Origin: Haliotis cracherodii
Lineage: Eukaryota
Direction: 5' to 3'
DNA length: 64,000 bases
Assembly (NCBI RefSeq): GCF_022045235.1
Contig: NW_027266343.1
Coordinates: 27,156,001 to 27,220,000, forward strand
Positions 38,131 to 52,675 of the stretch are shown one piece after another. The notes below the pieces were generated by a model. That model did no database searches, had not been told where the DNA came from, and worked only from the letters and a program-made list of their open reading frames with translations. The position numbers and the translations under genes are program-made. Numbering within the stretch: the first letter of the stretch is position 1; every line of letters begins with the position of its first letter.

Positions 38131-38577
38131 ATACTCTATATATATTTGTAGTGAACAAACTATGTAAAAATGTAACAAACAGATATAAAGCAAGTTGGGC
38201 ATACATACGTCTCCTCTCTTTTTGAGGAACTATTTTATTCCACAATACAGCTGGTTGTTGTTTGGCTGTCAGTGTAAACATGAAGTCACAGGAACCACTT
38301 TAAATACAGTTGTGTATAGATCTAGCACTACACCCTTCGATGTAAAAATAGTATTTCTGCCAAATGCTCACATTGAGTGAGTGAGAGGGTGAGTGAGTGA
38401 GTGAGTGAGTGAGTGTTGAACTGTATTTCAGTTATATGACTACATTTAAGCTTAATACAATGCAGCTACCAGGCATATATAATTCCCATTAGCAAGAAAG
38501 TGGTGCTAATGATAATTCTGTCCAGTCAAAACATAACAGCTGATTCGTTCACTAATCTATGCCTGTTTTGTACTCAA

Positions 38578-40116
38578 CCATCACAATCTCCATCAGAAGC
38601 CCCACCACAATCCGCAACTCAATTCCCAGCACAATCCTCATCACAAGGCCAATCATAATCCCCATCACAATCTCCATCACAATCCCCATCACAATCCCCA
38701 TAACAAGGCCCATCACAATCCCAATAACAAGGTCCATCACAATCTCCATCACAACCCCATCACAATCCCAATTACAAAGCCCATCACAATCTCCATCACA
38801 ATCCCCATCACAATCCCCATAACAAGGCCCATTTCAATCCCAATCACAAGCCCCATCACAATCTCCCATCACAATCACAATCACAATCCCCATAACAAGG
38901 CCCATCACAATCTCCATCACAAGCCCCATCACAATCCCCATTACAACCCTATAACAAGGCTAATCTCAATCCCAATCATAAGCCCAATCACAATCTCCCA
39001 TCACAAGCCCCATCACAATCCCAATAACAAGGCCCATCACAAGACCCATAACAATCCCCATCACATTCCCCATAACAAGGCTTATCACAATTCCCATCAT
39101 AATCCCCATTACAACCCCAAACACAATCTGTAACTCAATTCCTATCACAATCCTCATAGCAAGGACCATCTCAATCCCCATCACAATCTCCATCACAATC
39201 CCCATAACAAGGCCCATCACAATCTCCATCACAATCCCGATCACAATCCCCATAATAAGGCCCATCTCAATCCCAATCACAAGCCCTATCACAATCACCC
39301 ATCACAAGCCCCATCACAATCCCCATAACAAGGCCCATCACAATCTCCATCACAAGCCTCATCACAATCCCTATAACAAGGCCAATCTCAATCCCAATCA
39401 CAAGCCCAACCACAATCTCCCATCAAAAGCCCCATTACAATCCCCATAACAATCCCCATCACAATCCCCATAACAAGGCCTATCACAAGCCCCATCATAA
39501 TCCCCATCATAATCCCCATCACAATCCCAAACACAATCAGTAACTCAATTCCCATCACAATCCTCATAGCAAGGCCCATCTCAATCCCCATCACAATCTC
39601 CATCACAATTCCCATAACAAGCCCCATCACAATCCCGATAACAAGGCCTATCACAATCCCCATTACAAGGCCATCACAATCTCCCATCACAATCCCCATC
39701 ACAATCCCCATAACAAGGCCAATCATAATCCCCATAACAAGCCCCATCACAATCCCCATAACAAGGCCCATCACAATCTCCCATCACAAGCCCCATCGCA
39801 ATCACAATAACAAGGCCCATCACAATCTCTCATCACAATCCCCATCACAATCCCCATTACAAGCCCCATCACAATCCCCATAACAAGGCCCATCTCAATC
39901 CCCCTAACAAGGCCCATCACAATCTCCATCACAATCCCCATCACAATCCCTATAACAAGGCCAATCTCAATCCCAATCTCAATCCCAATCACAAGCCCCA
40001 TCACAATCTCCCATCACAATCCCCATAACAATCCCCGTCACAATCCCCATCACAAGCCCCATCACAAGCCCCGTCACAATCTCCATAACAAGGCCAAACT
40101 CAATCCCAATCACAAG
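38578..40116. repeat. 12-bp minisatellite (CCATCACAATCC / CCATCACAAGCC / CCATAACAAGGC variants), unit 4
   Basis: Visible tandem array of about 1.5 kb. Confidence 0.97.
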
Positions 40117-41903
40117 CAGTGAGTGAGTGAGTATGGTCTTTGTTCGAGGAATATATCCGTGAGTGTCAGCAGAAATGAACACTAGCCTAGACATCTACAG
40201 CCACGCAAAGCTGATATCACGTATCTTTACAGATACCTATTATTTAAAACAATATAAAAATAATATATTATGACTCGCGTACTTTCTCATCTGGTCACGT
40301 CACTTTTCTGTTTGGCCTACCTTTAGAATACAGTACCACAAACTTATCAAACACGTCACAGTAACCTGTGACGTAATTTGTAGTATTTTGTTGCCAGTCA
40401 CACCGTCGAAACAATGCCCTGTGGCGTCAGGGGTCATCGAGGGTGCATAAGCTAGTTTATGAAAGCACTTTTATTTTCAATAGTTAGTTAGTTTCATGTT
40501 TTTCAGATAGGTGTCAAGTCTGATTAGTTAACTCAGGCAACTCAGGTGAAAAAGTATGGGGATACGAGAAGTTGGAACTAATAATTAGTAACAGCGGCCA
40601 GAAGGTTAGTAAACAGCGAATTTACTATCCTGGTAGATTTCAGGAAGATGCTGAAGATTGGTAATATCACTTATTCAATAAGTATAATACCTTAAAAATG
40701 AAAACACTGTTATTTTTGTGTTTCTATCCTAAACGGAATGCACATTTGGTGTGTTCTATCTGAACATGTTTAGGGTCTAAACACATGAAATGAGTTATCG
40801 CCTTATAGCATATAAACGCCACCTAAACACAGCATCCCCATAATCCAAACATGTACCATTTAATCACGCTTATACATGTTTAGAATGTAAATATGTTAAA
40901 AAAGTGTACGTCATCAGGCTATAAGTCAAATATGAATGTGATGTATAATAATATATATATTGAAATTAGATGTGCAAATCTGATTCACAGGCACTTGCAT
41001 AACATATATACCATAAGGACTTGGTAACAATATTAACAATAAAAATGTACAAGCAAACTAAGCTAATAGTGACTAGTAAAATTACAACTAGTGACGAAAA
41101 CAGTCTCCGTAGAACAGGGCATAGCGTGAGAAAATACAAATCTAGAGGTTGCAGGTGCGAATTCCATCGAAAGTTTAAAATTCTTTCAGTTCACCAATGT
41201 GTTATTGCTGTATGCCAAATAATATTTCTCTCATACAGGCAGCTGACGATGAAAGTACATCTGATTACAACTTAACCTTTCAGATCAGTAAAATGTACTA
41301 ATATGTTAGTGTCTGATGGGTCAGTAACTTAGTTAGAAAACTTTACAAACTCTTTCTGTCAGTGTTGTTGACAAGAAGCATGATCACAGCCCGCGAGTCT
41401 GTGACCTTAACCTTTACTGTTATGTTTCCATAGTTCCTGTCAACCCAAATTGTCCTTCTACTTTGAATATGTGCAGATTGTAGATGTTAAAGTATACTGT
41501 AGGACACTGCATCACGACAAATAGGTATAACAGCCTGCAGCATACACATCAATATAATCTGTTGATATTTGGTAACTCCTTCAATGATCGGATTGTATAA
41601 TGGTCCATCAATTAAGGGTGTATAAAACATATGACGGGTAACAACAACACAAGGCTTAGGCCGGAGTACCCCCGGGGTACACGTAACAATCAGGGAAGTT
41701 CACACGACGCGTCACAGTCTCACATGCAGTTGAGGAAGTGATTGCGAAATGTTATCGACAGCACATAAAATCTTTGACTTCATTAGCGTAGTGTTCTCCG
41801 ATTGGTGGAAGAGTCACACCTTTGGCCCGCTTATGATAAATAGTCTCTGTTGATCAGAGCCATCAGTTGTTTTACACATTCCTCTTCCAGTAAGCACATC
41901 AAC

Positions 41904-42989
41904 ATGTTTGGAAGAACCTTGTCTTGTTGTGTTGCCATGGTGCTTGTTTCCATGACAACGGGTCAAGATCAACAAGGGATGTCCCCGTGTCAAAATAACT
42001 TTGTTCAAAACCTCAACACATGTGTTCAAAATAGTCAGATGGACTTTAATAACTTTTTATACTTGTTGACAAACGGGACAAATGGACAAGCGCCCGACAG
42101 TCCGGACACGTTCAGACAAGATGCTTGTAGCAAGCAGGAGGCGTTGCTTCAGTGCGGTGTGGAGTTCATGAGGACATTGATCAACTCTACGATGTGTGCC
42201 CCGAGCCAAACACAACAGGATCAGAGACCCCTCGTCGACAGACAGTTCCGTTCCCTCTTCGGATCTCTGGACGCAATGTGCGCACACCCATGTCGCCGAA
42301 CTCTCACCGAGGATCTACGTCAGTGTTATGTTGACGCCAACCTTGACCCCACCCTCTTCCTCTCCAACTCCACCATGGGCCGCGGTGCCATCATCGGAAC
42401 CACAGCGGATCAGGCTGACATTTTCTGTAAGAACAAAGACTCTCTCGTGACATGCATGAAACAGAAGAGAGACGACTGTCCTGAATCTCCCATGATTCTC
42501 CGCGCCATCGGCCTTGACATTGAATCTATGGACAAAGGTGTTGGAGTACTGTGCGCTCACCCTGACGTATACCTCAACGGCATCGACTGTTTTGCGGAAC
42601 CCACAGACGCTGTTGTGTCGTGCCAGCAGATAATGAACCAGAAGACCATGGAGTTGATGATGACGGCAGAACAACAGAACCTCCAAGAGGACCAGTTCTT
42701 CAACAGATTCTGTGACGTCCGTCTGGAGCACGTCAGCTGTGATCTGGAAGCCTGGAGCAAAAAGAACCACAAGTCTTGTGCGGATGCCGTCATTGGTTTG
42801 AGGACGGAGTTGGAGTGTGGTCTTCTTCCAGACAACTGTGGTACAACTCATAAACAGACCATTGACAAGGTCTGTCACCATGAAAACTATAAGAAGGACA
42901 TGAGACCGTTTAACAGTGGCACCATACTTTCAGCCACAATGGGGACAGTGTCATGTTTGTTCTTTCATGTTCTTTCTTCATTTCACTGA
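41904..42989 (+). CDS. Copy 5: cysteine-rich signal-peptide/GPI-type protein, 361 aa
   Basis: Intact ORF, near-identical to copy 4, with the same promoter and 3' UTR. Confidence 0.92.
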   Translation: MFGRTLSCCVAMVLVSMTTGQDQQGMSPCQNNFVQNLNTCVQNSQMDFNNFLYLLTNGTNGQAPDSPDTFRQDACSKQEALLQCGVEFMRTLINSTMCAPSQTQQDQRPLVDRQFRSLFGSLDAMCAHPCRRTLTEDLRQCYVDANLDPTLFLSNSTMGRGAIIGTTADQADIFCKNKDSLVTCMKQKRDDCPESPMILRAIGLDIESMDKGVGVLCAHPDVYLNGIDCFAEPTDAVVSCQQIMNQKTMELMMTAEQQNLQEDQFFNRFCDVRLEHVSCDLEAWSKKNHKSCADAVIGLRTELECGLLPDNCGTTHKQTIDKVCHHENYKKDMRPFNSGTILSATMGTVSCLFFHVLSSFH

Positions 42990-44485
42990 GTGTAGAACAT
43001 TGTTAAAGAATGTCATGGTTCATAGTTTGTGATCACTTACAGATCTGTTCGTGTGTATATTCATATACAAGTTTTTTGTATCTGAATAAAACCCTACTTT
43101 TTACACTTTGTTCTCAATACTTGAAATACATTAATAGAGCGTATATATTGTTTAACAATCCTTATGGGCTGTTCAGAACACCTGGGTGAACTCAGCGGTT
43201 TAGAATACATCACAAAATGTCAGAGAGCTTGACTGCATGATCGTTTACGAATATCCTCACTACGACCCATCCCAGTGAATAAATCGAAGAAATGAACATC
43301 CAAACTATCGTAGTATCGACTCGATCCCTGTCTGGGGCTGACAGTGACAGTCTACAGCAATCCATGCATTTACTTTAATATCAATTTGACATACCTTTAT
43401 AATCAACTTTCAATGATCGGCCAATTGAACAATGATGATTGACACATGTAACCGCCACAGATTCTTCGGAAATCTCTTCCTTCACGATTATCATGTCTGC
43501 CATTTTGACGTCTTGTACGTGATGTAAATGTATTAAGACGCGCTATCATTGCGACTGATTTACTGAGGTAGTTCCTAACATACTTTTTTCATCTAATGGT
43601 GTTATAATTTGAATTTATTACCTACGAGAGGTCATAAAAGGATTGACTGTGTATTTTTACGGGTTTTCCGGGTAGCGAATTCTAACAAAAAATTCTAGTC
43701 CGCTTCGGTGGGCGTGGCTTAATATTTTACATTCATTGGGAAATGAATAACACGTGACCAATTCAGCTGATCAGAATGAAGGCATTTCAATGAACACAAC
43801 AAAAATTTAATTCTAAAACGTCACGAGACAACTGTGTAGTGTTTCCGTTATCCGGGCGGCATTGTTGACGTCATTCGAATCTTATCGTGACGTGACGTCA
43901 CACTAGAAACGAAGTCATAGCTGTTGACGTCATTCGACAAATTGTGGTTCCGCCGCTGTTGCGACTCGCTCTCCTTATAAGTAAACACTAAAATGCGTTT
44001 CTGTATGTAGACATAATCTTCGGTAATAATTAGAACATTATATTCGTGTTCATGTCATACTATGTTTACGACACTCGGGTCTAAATTCCGGAATTTAGAC
44101 ACTCGTGTCGTACGCATAGTATGGCATGAACACGAATATAATATACTCTATATATATTTGTAGTAAACAAACTATGTAAAAATGTAACAAACAGATATAA
44201 AGCAAGTTGGGCATACATACGTCTCCTCTCTTTTTGAGGAACTATTTTATTCCACAATACAGCTGGTTGTTGTTTGGCTGTCAGTGTAAACATGAAGTCA
44301 CAGGAACCACTTTAAATACAGTTGTGTATAGATCTAGCACTACACCCTTCGATGTAAAAAAATAGTGATATAAAAATTACAAGAATCGACTTTCAGTAAC
44401 GTTTACCATATGCATGTATAGGTTCTTTTGCCCTCCAGTTTTATTTGATCACACGCAATATATTTACACCAGGAGCATTCACGAA

Positions 44486-44803
44486 CTTCTACACTGAACG
44501 GCCATGCAGTGTGGACAAGTTCTATTCACTGACGAGTCTCGTTTTCACCCCAGCCACAGCGATGGACGGATTCGAGGGTACCGACGTCGAGGTGAACGTT
44601 ACGTCAATGATTGTGTCATGGAAGAAGATCCGTTCGGGGGCGGCAGCGTTATGGTATGGGGTGGGATTACAGCAAAACAGAGGACCCGTTTGATAGTGGT
44701 AGAGGGAAATGTCATTGGACAGCGCTACCGCGACGAGATCATCGGCACTGTTTTTCTACCGTTTTTGCGTCGTCATGGCGCAGGCATTACCTTTCAACAT
44801 GAC
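44486..44803 (+). mobile_element. Tc1-like relic with 5' deletion, unit 5
   Basis: Only the FTDESRF...FQHD segment remains. Confidence 0.85.
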
Positions 44804-45050
44804 ATATTTACTGTTTTGGTTGCACTAGTATTTCTGTCAAATGCTCACATTGAGTGAGTGAGAGGGTGCGTGAGTGAGAGAGTGAGTGTTGAACTGTATT
44901 TCAGTTATATGACTACATTTAAGCTTAATACAATGCAGCTACCAGGCATATATAATTCCCATTAGCAAAAAAGTGGTGCTAATGATAATTCTGTCCAGTC
45001 AAAACATAACAGCTGATTCGTTCACTAATCTATGCCTGTTTTGTACTCAA

Positions 45051-45726
45051 CCATCACAATCTCCATCAGAAGCCCCACCACAATCCGCAACTCAATTCCC
45101 ATCACAATCCTCATCACAAGGCCAAACATAATCCCCATCACAATCTCCATCACAATCCCCATAACAAGGCCCATCACAATCCCAATCACAAGGCCCATCA
45201 CAAGCCCCGTAACAAGGCCCGTCACAATCTCCCATCACAAGCCCCATCACAATCACAATAACAAGGCCCATCACAATCTCTCATCACAATCCCCATCACA
45301 ATCCCCATAACAAGGCCCATCACAATCCCAATCACAAGGCCCATCACAATCTCCAATCACAAGCCCCATCACAATCCCAATTACAAGGCCCATCACAGTC
45401 CCCAAAACAAGGCCCATCACAATCTCCCATCACAATCCCCATAACAAGGCCCATCTCATTCCCAATCACAAGCCCCATCACAATCACCCATTACAAGCCC
45501 CATCACAATCCCCATCACAAGGCCCATCACAACCTCCATCACAATTCCCATCACAATCCCCATCACAATCCCTATAACAAGGTCAATCTCAATCCCAATC
45601 TCAATCCCAATCACAAGACCCATCACAATCTCCCATCACAATCCTCATAACAAGGCACATCACAATCCCCATCACAAGCCCCGTCACAATCTCCATAATA
45701 AGGCCAAACTCAATCCCAATCACAAG
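45051..45726. repeat. 12-bp minisatellite, unit 5
   Basis: Same array, about 0.68 kb. Confidence 0.97.
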
Positions 45727-47557
45727 CAGTGAGTGAGTGAGTATGGTCTTTGTTCGAGGAATATATCCGTGAGTGTCAGCAGAAATGAACACTAGCCCAG
45801 ACATCTACAGCCACGCAAAGACGATATCACGTATCTTTACAGATACCTATCATTTAAAACAATATAAATATAATATATTATGACTCACGTACTTTCTCAT
45901 CTGGTCACGTCACTTTTCTGTTTGGCCTACCTTTAGAATACAGTACCACAAACTTATCAAACACGTCACAGTAACCTGTGACGTAATTTGTAGTATTTTG
46001 TTGCCAGTCACACCGTCGAAACAATGCCCTGTGGCGTCAGGGGTCATCGAGGGTGCATAAGCTAGTTTATGAAAGCACTTTTATTTTCAATAGTTAGTTA
46101 GTTTCATGTTTTTCAGATAGGTGTCAAGTCTGATTAGTTAACTGAGGCAACTCACGTGAAAAGTATGGGGATACGAGAAGTTGGAACTAAGAATTAGTAA
46201 CAGCGGCCAGAAGGTTAGTAAACAGCGAATTTACTATCCTGGTAGATTTCAGGAAGATGCTGAAGATTGGTAATATCAGTTTTTCAATAAGTATAATGCC
46301 TTAAAAATGAAAACACTGTTATTTTTGTGTTTCTATCCTAAACGGAATGCACATTTGGTGTGTTCTATCTGAACATGTTTAGGGTCTAAACACATGAAAT
46401 GAGTTATCGCCTTATAGCATATAAACGCCACCTAAACACAGCATCCCCATAATCATAAACATGTACCATTTTAATCACGCTTAAACATGTTTAGAATGTA
46501 AATATTTTAAAAAAGTTTACGTCATCAGGCTATAAGTCAAATATGAATGTGATGTATAATAATATATATATTGAAATTAGATGTGCAAATCTGATTCACA
46601 GACACTTGCATAACATATATACCATAAGGACTTGGTAACAATATTAACAATAAAAATGTACAAGCAAACCAAGCTTATAGTGACTAGTAAAATTACAACT
46701 AGTGACGAAAACAGTCTCCGTAGAACGGCGTAGCGTGAGAAAATACAAATCTAGAGGTTGCAGGTGCGAATTCCATCGAAAGTTTAAAAATCTTTGAATT
46801 CATCAATGTGTTATTGCTGTATGCCAAATAATATTTCTCTCATACAGGCAGCTGACGATGAAAGTACATCTGATTACAACTTAACCTTTTTTAGTTAGTG
46901 ACCATATGCTACATGGTAACAAAATACAAACTGATCAGTAAAATCTACTAACATGTTAGTGTCTGATGGGTCAGTAACTTAGTTAGAAAACTTTACAAAC
47001 TCTTTCTGTCAGTGTTGTTGACAAGAAGCATGATCACAGCCCGCGAGTCTGTGACCTTAACCTTTACTGTTATGTTTCCATAGTTCCTGTCAACCCAAAT
47101 TGTCCTTCTACTTTGAATATGTGCAGATTGTAGATGTTAAAGTATACATACTGTAGGACACTGCATCACGACAAATAGGTATAACAGCCTGCAGCATACA
47201 CATCAATATAATCTGTTGATATTTTGTAACTCCTTCAATGATCGGATTGAATAATGGTCCATCAATTAAGGGTGTATAAAACATATGACGGGTAACAACA
47301 ACACAAGGCTTAGGCCGGAGTACCCCCGGGGTACACGTAACAATCAGGGAAGTTCACACGACGCGTCACAGTCTCACATGCAGTTGAGGAAGTGATTGCG
47401 AAATGTTATCGACAGCACATAAAATCTTTGACTTCATTAGCGTAGTGTTCTCCGATTGGTGGAAGAGTCACACCTTTGGCCCGCTTATGATAAATAGTCT
47501 CTGTTGATCAGAGCCATCAGTTGTTTTTCACATTCCTCTTCCAGTAAGTACATCAAC

Positions 47558-48643
47558 ATGTTTGGAAGAACCTTGTCTTGTTGTGTTGCCATGGTGCTTG
47601 TTTCCATGACAACGGGTCAAGATCAACAAGGGATGTCCCCGTGTCAAAATAACTTTGTTCAAAACCTCAACACATGTGTTCAAAATAGTCAGATGGACTT
47701 TAATAACTTTTTATACTTGTTGACAAACGGGACAAACGGACAAGCGCCCGACAGTCCCGACGCGTTCAGACAAGATGCTTGTGGCAAGCAGGAGGCGTTG
47801 CTTCAGTGCGGTGTGGAGTTCATGAGGACATTGATCAACTCTACGATGTGTGCCCCGAGCCAAACACAACAGGATCAGAGACCCCTCGTCGACAGACAGT
47901 TCCGTTCCCTCTTCGGATCTCTGGACGCAATGTGCGCACACCCATGTCGCCGAACTCTCACCGAGGATCTACGTCAGTGTTATGTTGACGCCAACCTTGA
48001 CCCCACCCTCTTCCTCTCCAACTCCACCATGGGCCGCGGTGCCATCATCGGGACCACAGCGGATCAGGCTGACATTTTCTGTAAGAACAAAGACTCTCTC
48101 GTGACATGCATGAAACAGAAGAGAGACGACTGTCCTGAATCTCCCATGATTCTCCGCGCCATCGGCCTTGACATTGAATCTATGGACAAAGGTGTTGGAG
48201 TACTGTGCGCTCACCCTGACGTGTACCTCAACGGCATCGACTGTTTTGCGGAACCCACAGACGCTGTTGTGTCGTGCCAGCAGATAATGAACCAGAAGAC
48301 CATGGAGTTGATGATGACGGCAGAACAACAGAACCTCCAAGAGGACCAGTTCTTCAACAGATTCTGTGACGTCCGTCTGGAGCACGTCAGCTGTGATCTG
48401 GTAGCCTGGAGCAAAAAGAACCACAAGTCTTGTGCGGATGCCGTCATTGGTTTGAGGACGGAGTTGGAGTGTGGTCTTCTTCCAGACAACTGTGGTACAA
48501 CTCATAAACAGACCATTGACAAGGTCTGTCACCATGAAAACTATAAAACGGACATGAGACCGTTTAACAGTGGCACCATACTTTCAGCCACAATGGGGAC
48601 AGTGTCATGTTTGTTCTTTCATGTTCTTTCTTCATTTCACTGA
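47558..48643 (+). CDS. Copy 6: cysteine-rich signal-peptide/GPI-type protein, 361 aa
   Basis: Intact ORF with private changes DLVAW and YKTD. Confidence 0.92.
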   Translation: MFGRTLSCCVAMVLVSMTTGQDQQGMSPCQNNFVQNLNTCVQNSQMDFNNFLYLLTNGTNGQAPDSPDAFRQDACGKQEALLQCGVEFMRTLINSTMCAPSQTQQDQRPLVDRQFRSLFGSLDAMCAHPCRRTLTEDLRQCYVDANLDPTLFLSNSTMGRGAIIGTTADQADIFCKNKDSLVTCMKQKRDDCPESPMILRAIGLDIESMDKGVGVLCAHPDVYLNGIDCFAEPTDAVVSCQQIMNQKTMELMMTAEQQNLQEDQFFNRFCDVRLEHVSCDLVAWSKKNHKSCADAVIGLRTELECGLLPDNCGTTHKQTIDKVCHHENYKTDMRPFNSGTILSATMGTVSCLFFHVLSSFH

Positions 48644-50151
48644 GTGTAGAACATTGTTAAAGAATGTCATGGCTCATAGTTTGTGATCACTTACAGATCT
48701 GTACGTGTGTATATTCATATATAAGTTTTTTGTATCTGAATAAAACCCTACTTTTTACACTTTGTTCTCAATACTTGAAATACATTAATAGAGCGTATAT
48801 ATTGTTTAACAATCCTTATGGGCTGTTCAGAACACCTGGGTGAACTCACCGGTTTAGAATACATCCAAAAATGTCAGAGAGCTTGACTGCATGATCGTTT
48901 ACGAATATCCTCACTGCGACCCATCCCAGTGAATAAATCGAAGAAATGAACATCCAAACTATCGTAGTATCGACTCGATCCCTGTCTGGGGCTGACAGTG
49001 ACAGTCTACAGCAATCCATGCATTTACTTTAATATCAATTTGACATACCTTTATAATCACCTTTCAATGATCGGCCAATTGAACAATGATGATTGACACA
49101 TGTAACCGCCACAGATTCTTCGGAAATCTCTTCCTTCACGATTATCATGTCTGCCATTTTGACGTCTTGTACGTGATGTAAATGTATTACAACGCGCTAT
49201 CATTGCGACTGATTTACTGAGGTAGTTCCTAACATACTTTTTTCATCTAATGGTGTTATAATTTGAATTTATTACCTACGAAAGGTCATAAAAGGATTGA
49301 CTGTGTATTTTTACGGGTTTTCCGGGTAGCGAATTCTTACAAAAAATTCTAGTCCGCTTCGGTGGGCGTGGCTTAATATTTTACATTCATTGGGAAATGA
49401 ATAACACGTGACCAATTCAGCTGATCAGAATGAAGGCATTTCAATGAACACAACAAAAATTTAATTCTAAAACGTCACGAGACTACAGTGTAGTGTTTCC
49501 GTCATCCGGGCGGCATTGTTGACGTCATTCGAATCTTATCGTGACGTGACGTCACACTAGAAACGAAGTCATAGCTGTTGACGTCATTCGACAAATTGTG
49601 GTTCCGCCGCTGTTGCGACTTGCTGTCCTTATAAGTAAACACTAAAATGCGTTTCTGTATGTAGACATAATCTTCGGTAATAATTAGAATATTATATTCG
49701 AGTTCATGTCATACTATGTTTACGACACTCGGGTCTAAATTCCGGAATTTAGACACTCGTGTCGTACGCATAGTATGGCATGAACACGAATATAATATAC
49801 TCTATATATATTTGTAGTGAACAAACTATGTAAAAATGTAACAAACAGATATAAAGCAAGTTGGGCATACATACGTCTCCTCTCTTTTTGAGGAACTATT
49901 TTATTCCACAATACAGCTGGTTGTTGTTTGGCTGTCAGTGTAAACATGAAGTCACAGGAACCACTTTAAATACAGTTGTGTATAGATCTAGCACTACACC
50001 CTTCGATGTAAAAAATAGTGATATAAAAAATGACAAGAATCGACTTTCAGTAACGTTTACCATATGCATGTATAGGTACTTTTGCCCTGCAGTTTTATTT
50101 GATCACACGCAATATATTTACACCAGGAGCATTCACGAACTTGGCAAACTA

Positions 50152-51055
50152 TACTCAACAACAAAAGTTCCTGTGACACCAATATTTTAGTGTATTTTTC
50201 AAACAAGTAAAGTTCGGTTTTCAATATTGTAGTACATGTATGGAATCAAGTCACACAAACGCAACTGCTACAGAAAAGCATGCATTCCATGCAAAAGTTG
50301 ACTTTTATGCAAGCCCCATGCATTTCACTACCCAAGAATGGGTATAAAAACATGTGCGTTAACAGGAATCCATATGCATTGTTTAGCATCGCAGGATCGA
50401 GCCGACGTGATGTTGCAAGACAATTTAACGTCCACAGAAACACCATTTGGTGTTTATGGCAACGTTGGCAACAGACGAATTCAGTCAGAGACCATCCTCG
50501 GAGTGGCAGGCCAAGCGTAACCAATATTCGAGAAGACAACTGGATTCGAACAACACACCTACGAAATCGATTCTGCCAGCAACAGTTACTGCAAGAAGCA
50601 CCCCTGGCCTTCGACGAATATCTTCACAAACCGTACGTCTTCGCCTCAGATGTGCAGGGATTGTCGCCAGAAGACCCGCCTGACGTCCCATTTTGACAGG
50701 AAACCAACGTTAAGCATCACGTCTACTCTGGTGCAGACAGCTTCTACGCTGAACGGCCATGCAGTGGGGACAAGTTCTATTCACTGAGTCTCGTTTTCAC
50801 CTCAGCCACAGCGATGGACGAAATCGAGTGTACCGAAGTCGAGGTGAACGTTACGTCAATGGTTGTGTCATGGAAGAAGATCCGTTCGGGGGCGGCAGCG
50901 TTATGGTATGGGGTGGGATTACAGCAAAACAGAGGACCCGTTTGATAGTGGTAGAGGGAAATCTCAATGAACAGCGCTACCGCGACGAGATCATCGGCAC
51001 TGTTTTTCTACCGTTTTTGCGTCGTCATGGCGCAGGCATTACCTTTCAACATGAC
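50152..51055 (+). mobile_element. 3'-truncated Tc1-like relic (second family), unit 6
   Basis: Probable left end TA|TACTCAACAACAAAAGTT. Peptides DVARQFNVHRNTI, RSGRPSVT, GGGSVMVWGGI and FQHD, then truncation. Confidence 0.88.
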
Positions 51056-51302
51056 ATATTTACTGTTTTGGTTGCACTAGTATTTCTGTCAAATGCTCAC
51101 ATTGAGTGAGTGAGTGGGTGTGTGAGTGAGTGAGTGAGTGTTGAACTGTATTTCAGTTATATGACTACATTTAAGCTTAATACAATGCAGCTACCAGGCA
51201 TATATAATTCCCATTAGCAAGAAAGTGGTGCTAATGATAATTCTGTCCAGTCAAAACATAACAGCTGATTCGTTCACTAATCTATGCCTGTTTTGTACTC
51301 AA

Positions 51303-52675
51303 CCATCACAATCTCCATCACAAGCCCCACCACAATCCGCAACTCAATTCCCATCACAATCCTAATCACAAGGCCAATCATAATCCCCATCACAATCTCT
51401 CATCACAATCCCCATAACAAGGCCCATCACAATCCCCATCACAAGGCCATCACAATCTCCAATCACAAGGCCAATCACAATCCTCATCACAAGGCCAATC
51501 ATAATCCCAATCACAATCTCCATCATAATCCCAATCACAATCTCTCATCACAACCCCTATCACAATCCCCATCACAAGGCCATCACAATCTCCCACCACA
51601 AGGCCAATCACAATCCTCATCACAAGGCCAATCATAATCCCCATCACAATCTCCATCATAATCCCCATCACAATCTCTCATCACAACCCCCATCACAATC
51701 CCCATAACAAGGCCCATCACGAGGCCCATCACAAGCCCCATCACAGTCCCCATATCAAGGCCCATCACAAGCCCCATCATAATCCCCATCATAATCCCTA
51801 TCACAATCTCTCATCAAAATCCCCATAACAAGGCCCATCACAAGCCCCATCACAATCCCCATAAAAATCCCCATAACAAGGCCTATCACAAGCCCCATCA
51901 TAATCCCCATCATAATCCCCATCACAATCCCCACCACAATCCGTAACTCAATTCCCATCACAATCCTCATCGCAAGGCCCATCTCAATCCCCATCACAAT
52001 CTCCATCACAATCCCCATAACAAGGCCCATCACAATCTCCCATCACAAGCACCATCACAATCTCCCATCACAAGCACCATCACAATCCCAATAACAAGGC
52101 CCATCACAATCTCCCATCACAAGCCCTATCACAATCTCCATCACAATCCCCATAACAAGGCCCATCACAATCTCCCATCACAAGCCCCATCACAATCCCA
52201 ATAACAAGGCCCATCACAATCACCATCACAAGGCCATCACAATCCCCATCACAATCCCCATCACAAGCCCCATCACAATCTCCAATCACAAGCTCCATCA
52301 CAATCCCCATAACAAGGCCCATCACGATCCCCATCACAAGCCCCATCAAAAGGCCCATCACAAGCCCCATCACAAGCCCCATCACAAGGCTCATCACAAT
52401 CACCATCACAATCCCCATCACAAGCCCCATCACAATCTCCCATCACAAGCTCCATCACAATCCCCATAACAAGGCCCATCACAATCCCCATAACAAGGCC
52501 CATAACAAGGCCCATCACAATCCCGATCACAAGCCCCATAACAAGGCCCATAACAAGCCCCATAACAAGGCCCATCACAATCGCCATCACAATCCCCATC
52601 ACAAGCCCCATCACAATCTTCATCACAAGCCCCATCACTATCCCCATAACAAGGCCCATCTCAATCGCAATCACA
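51303..52675. repeat. 12-bp minisatellite, unit 6, block a
   Basis: Same array, about 1.37 kb. Confidence 0.97.
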
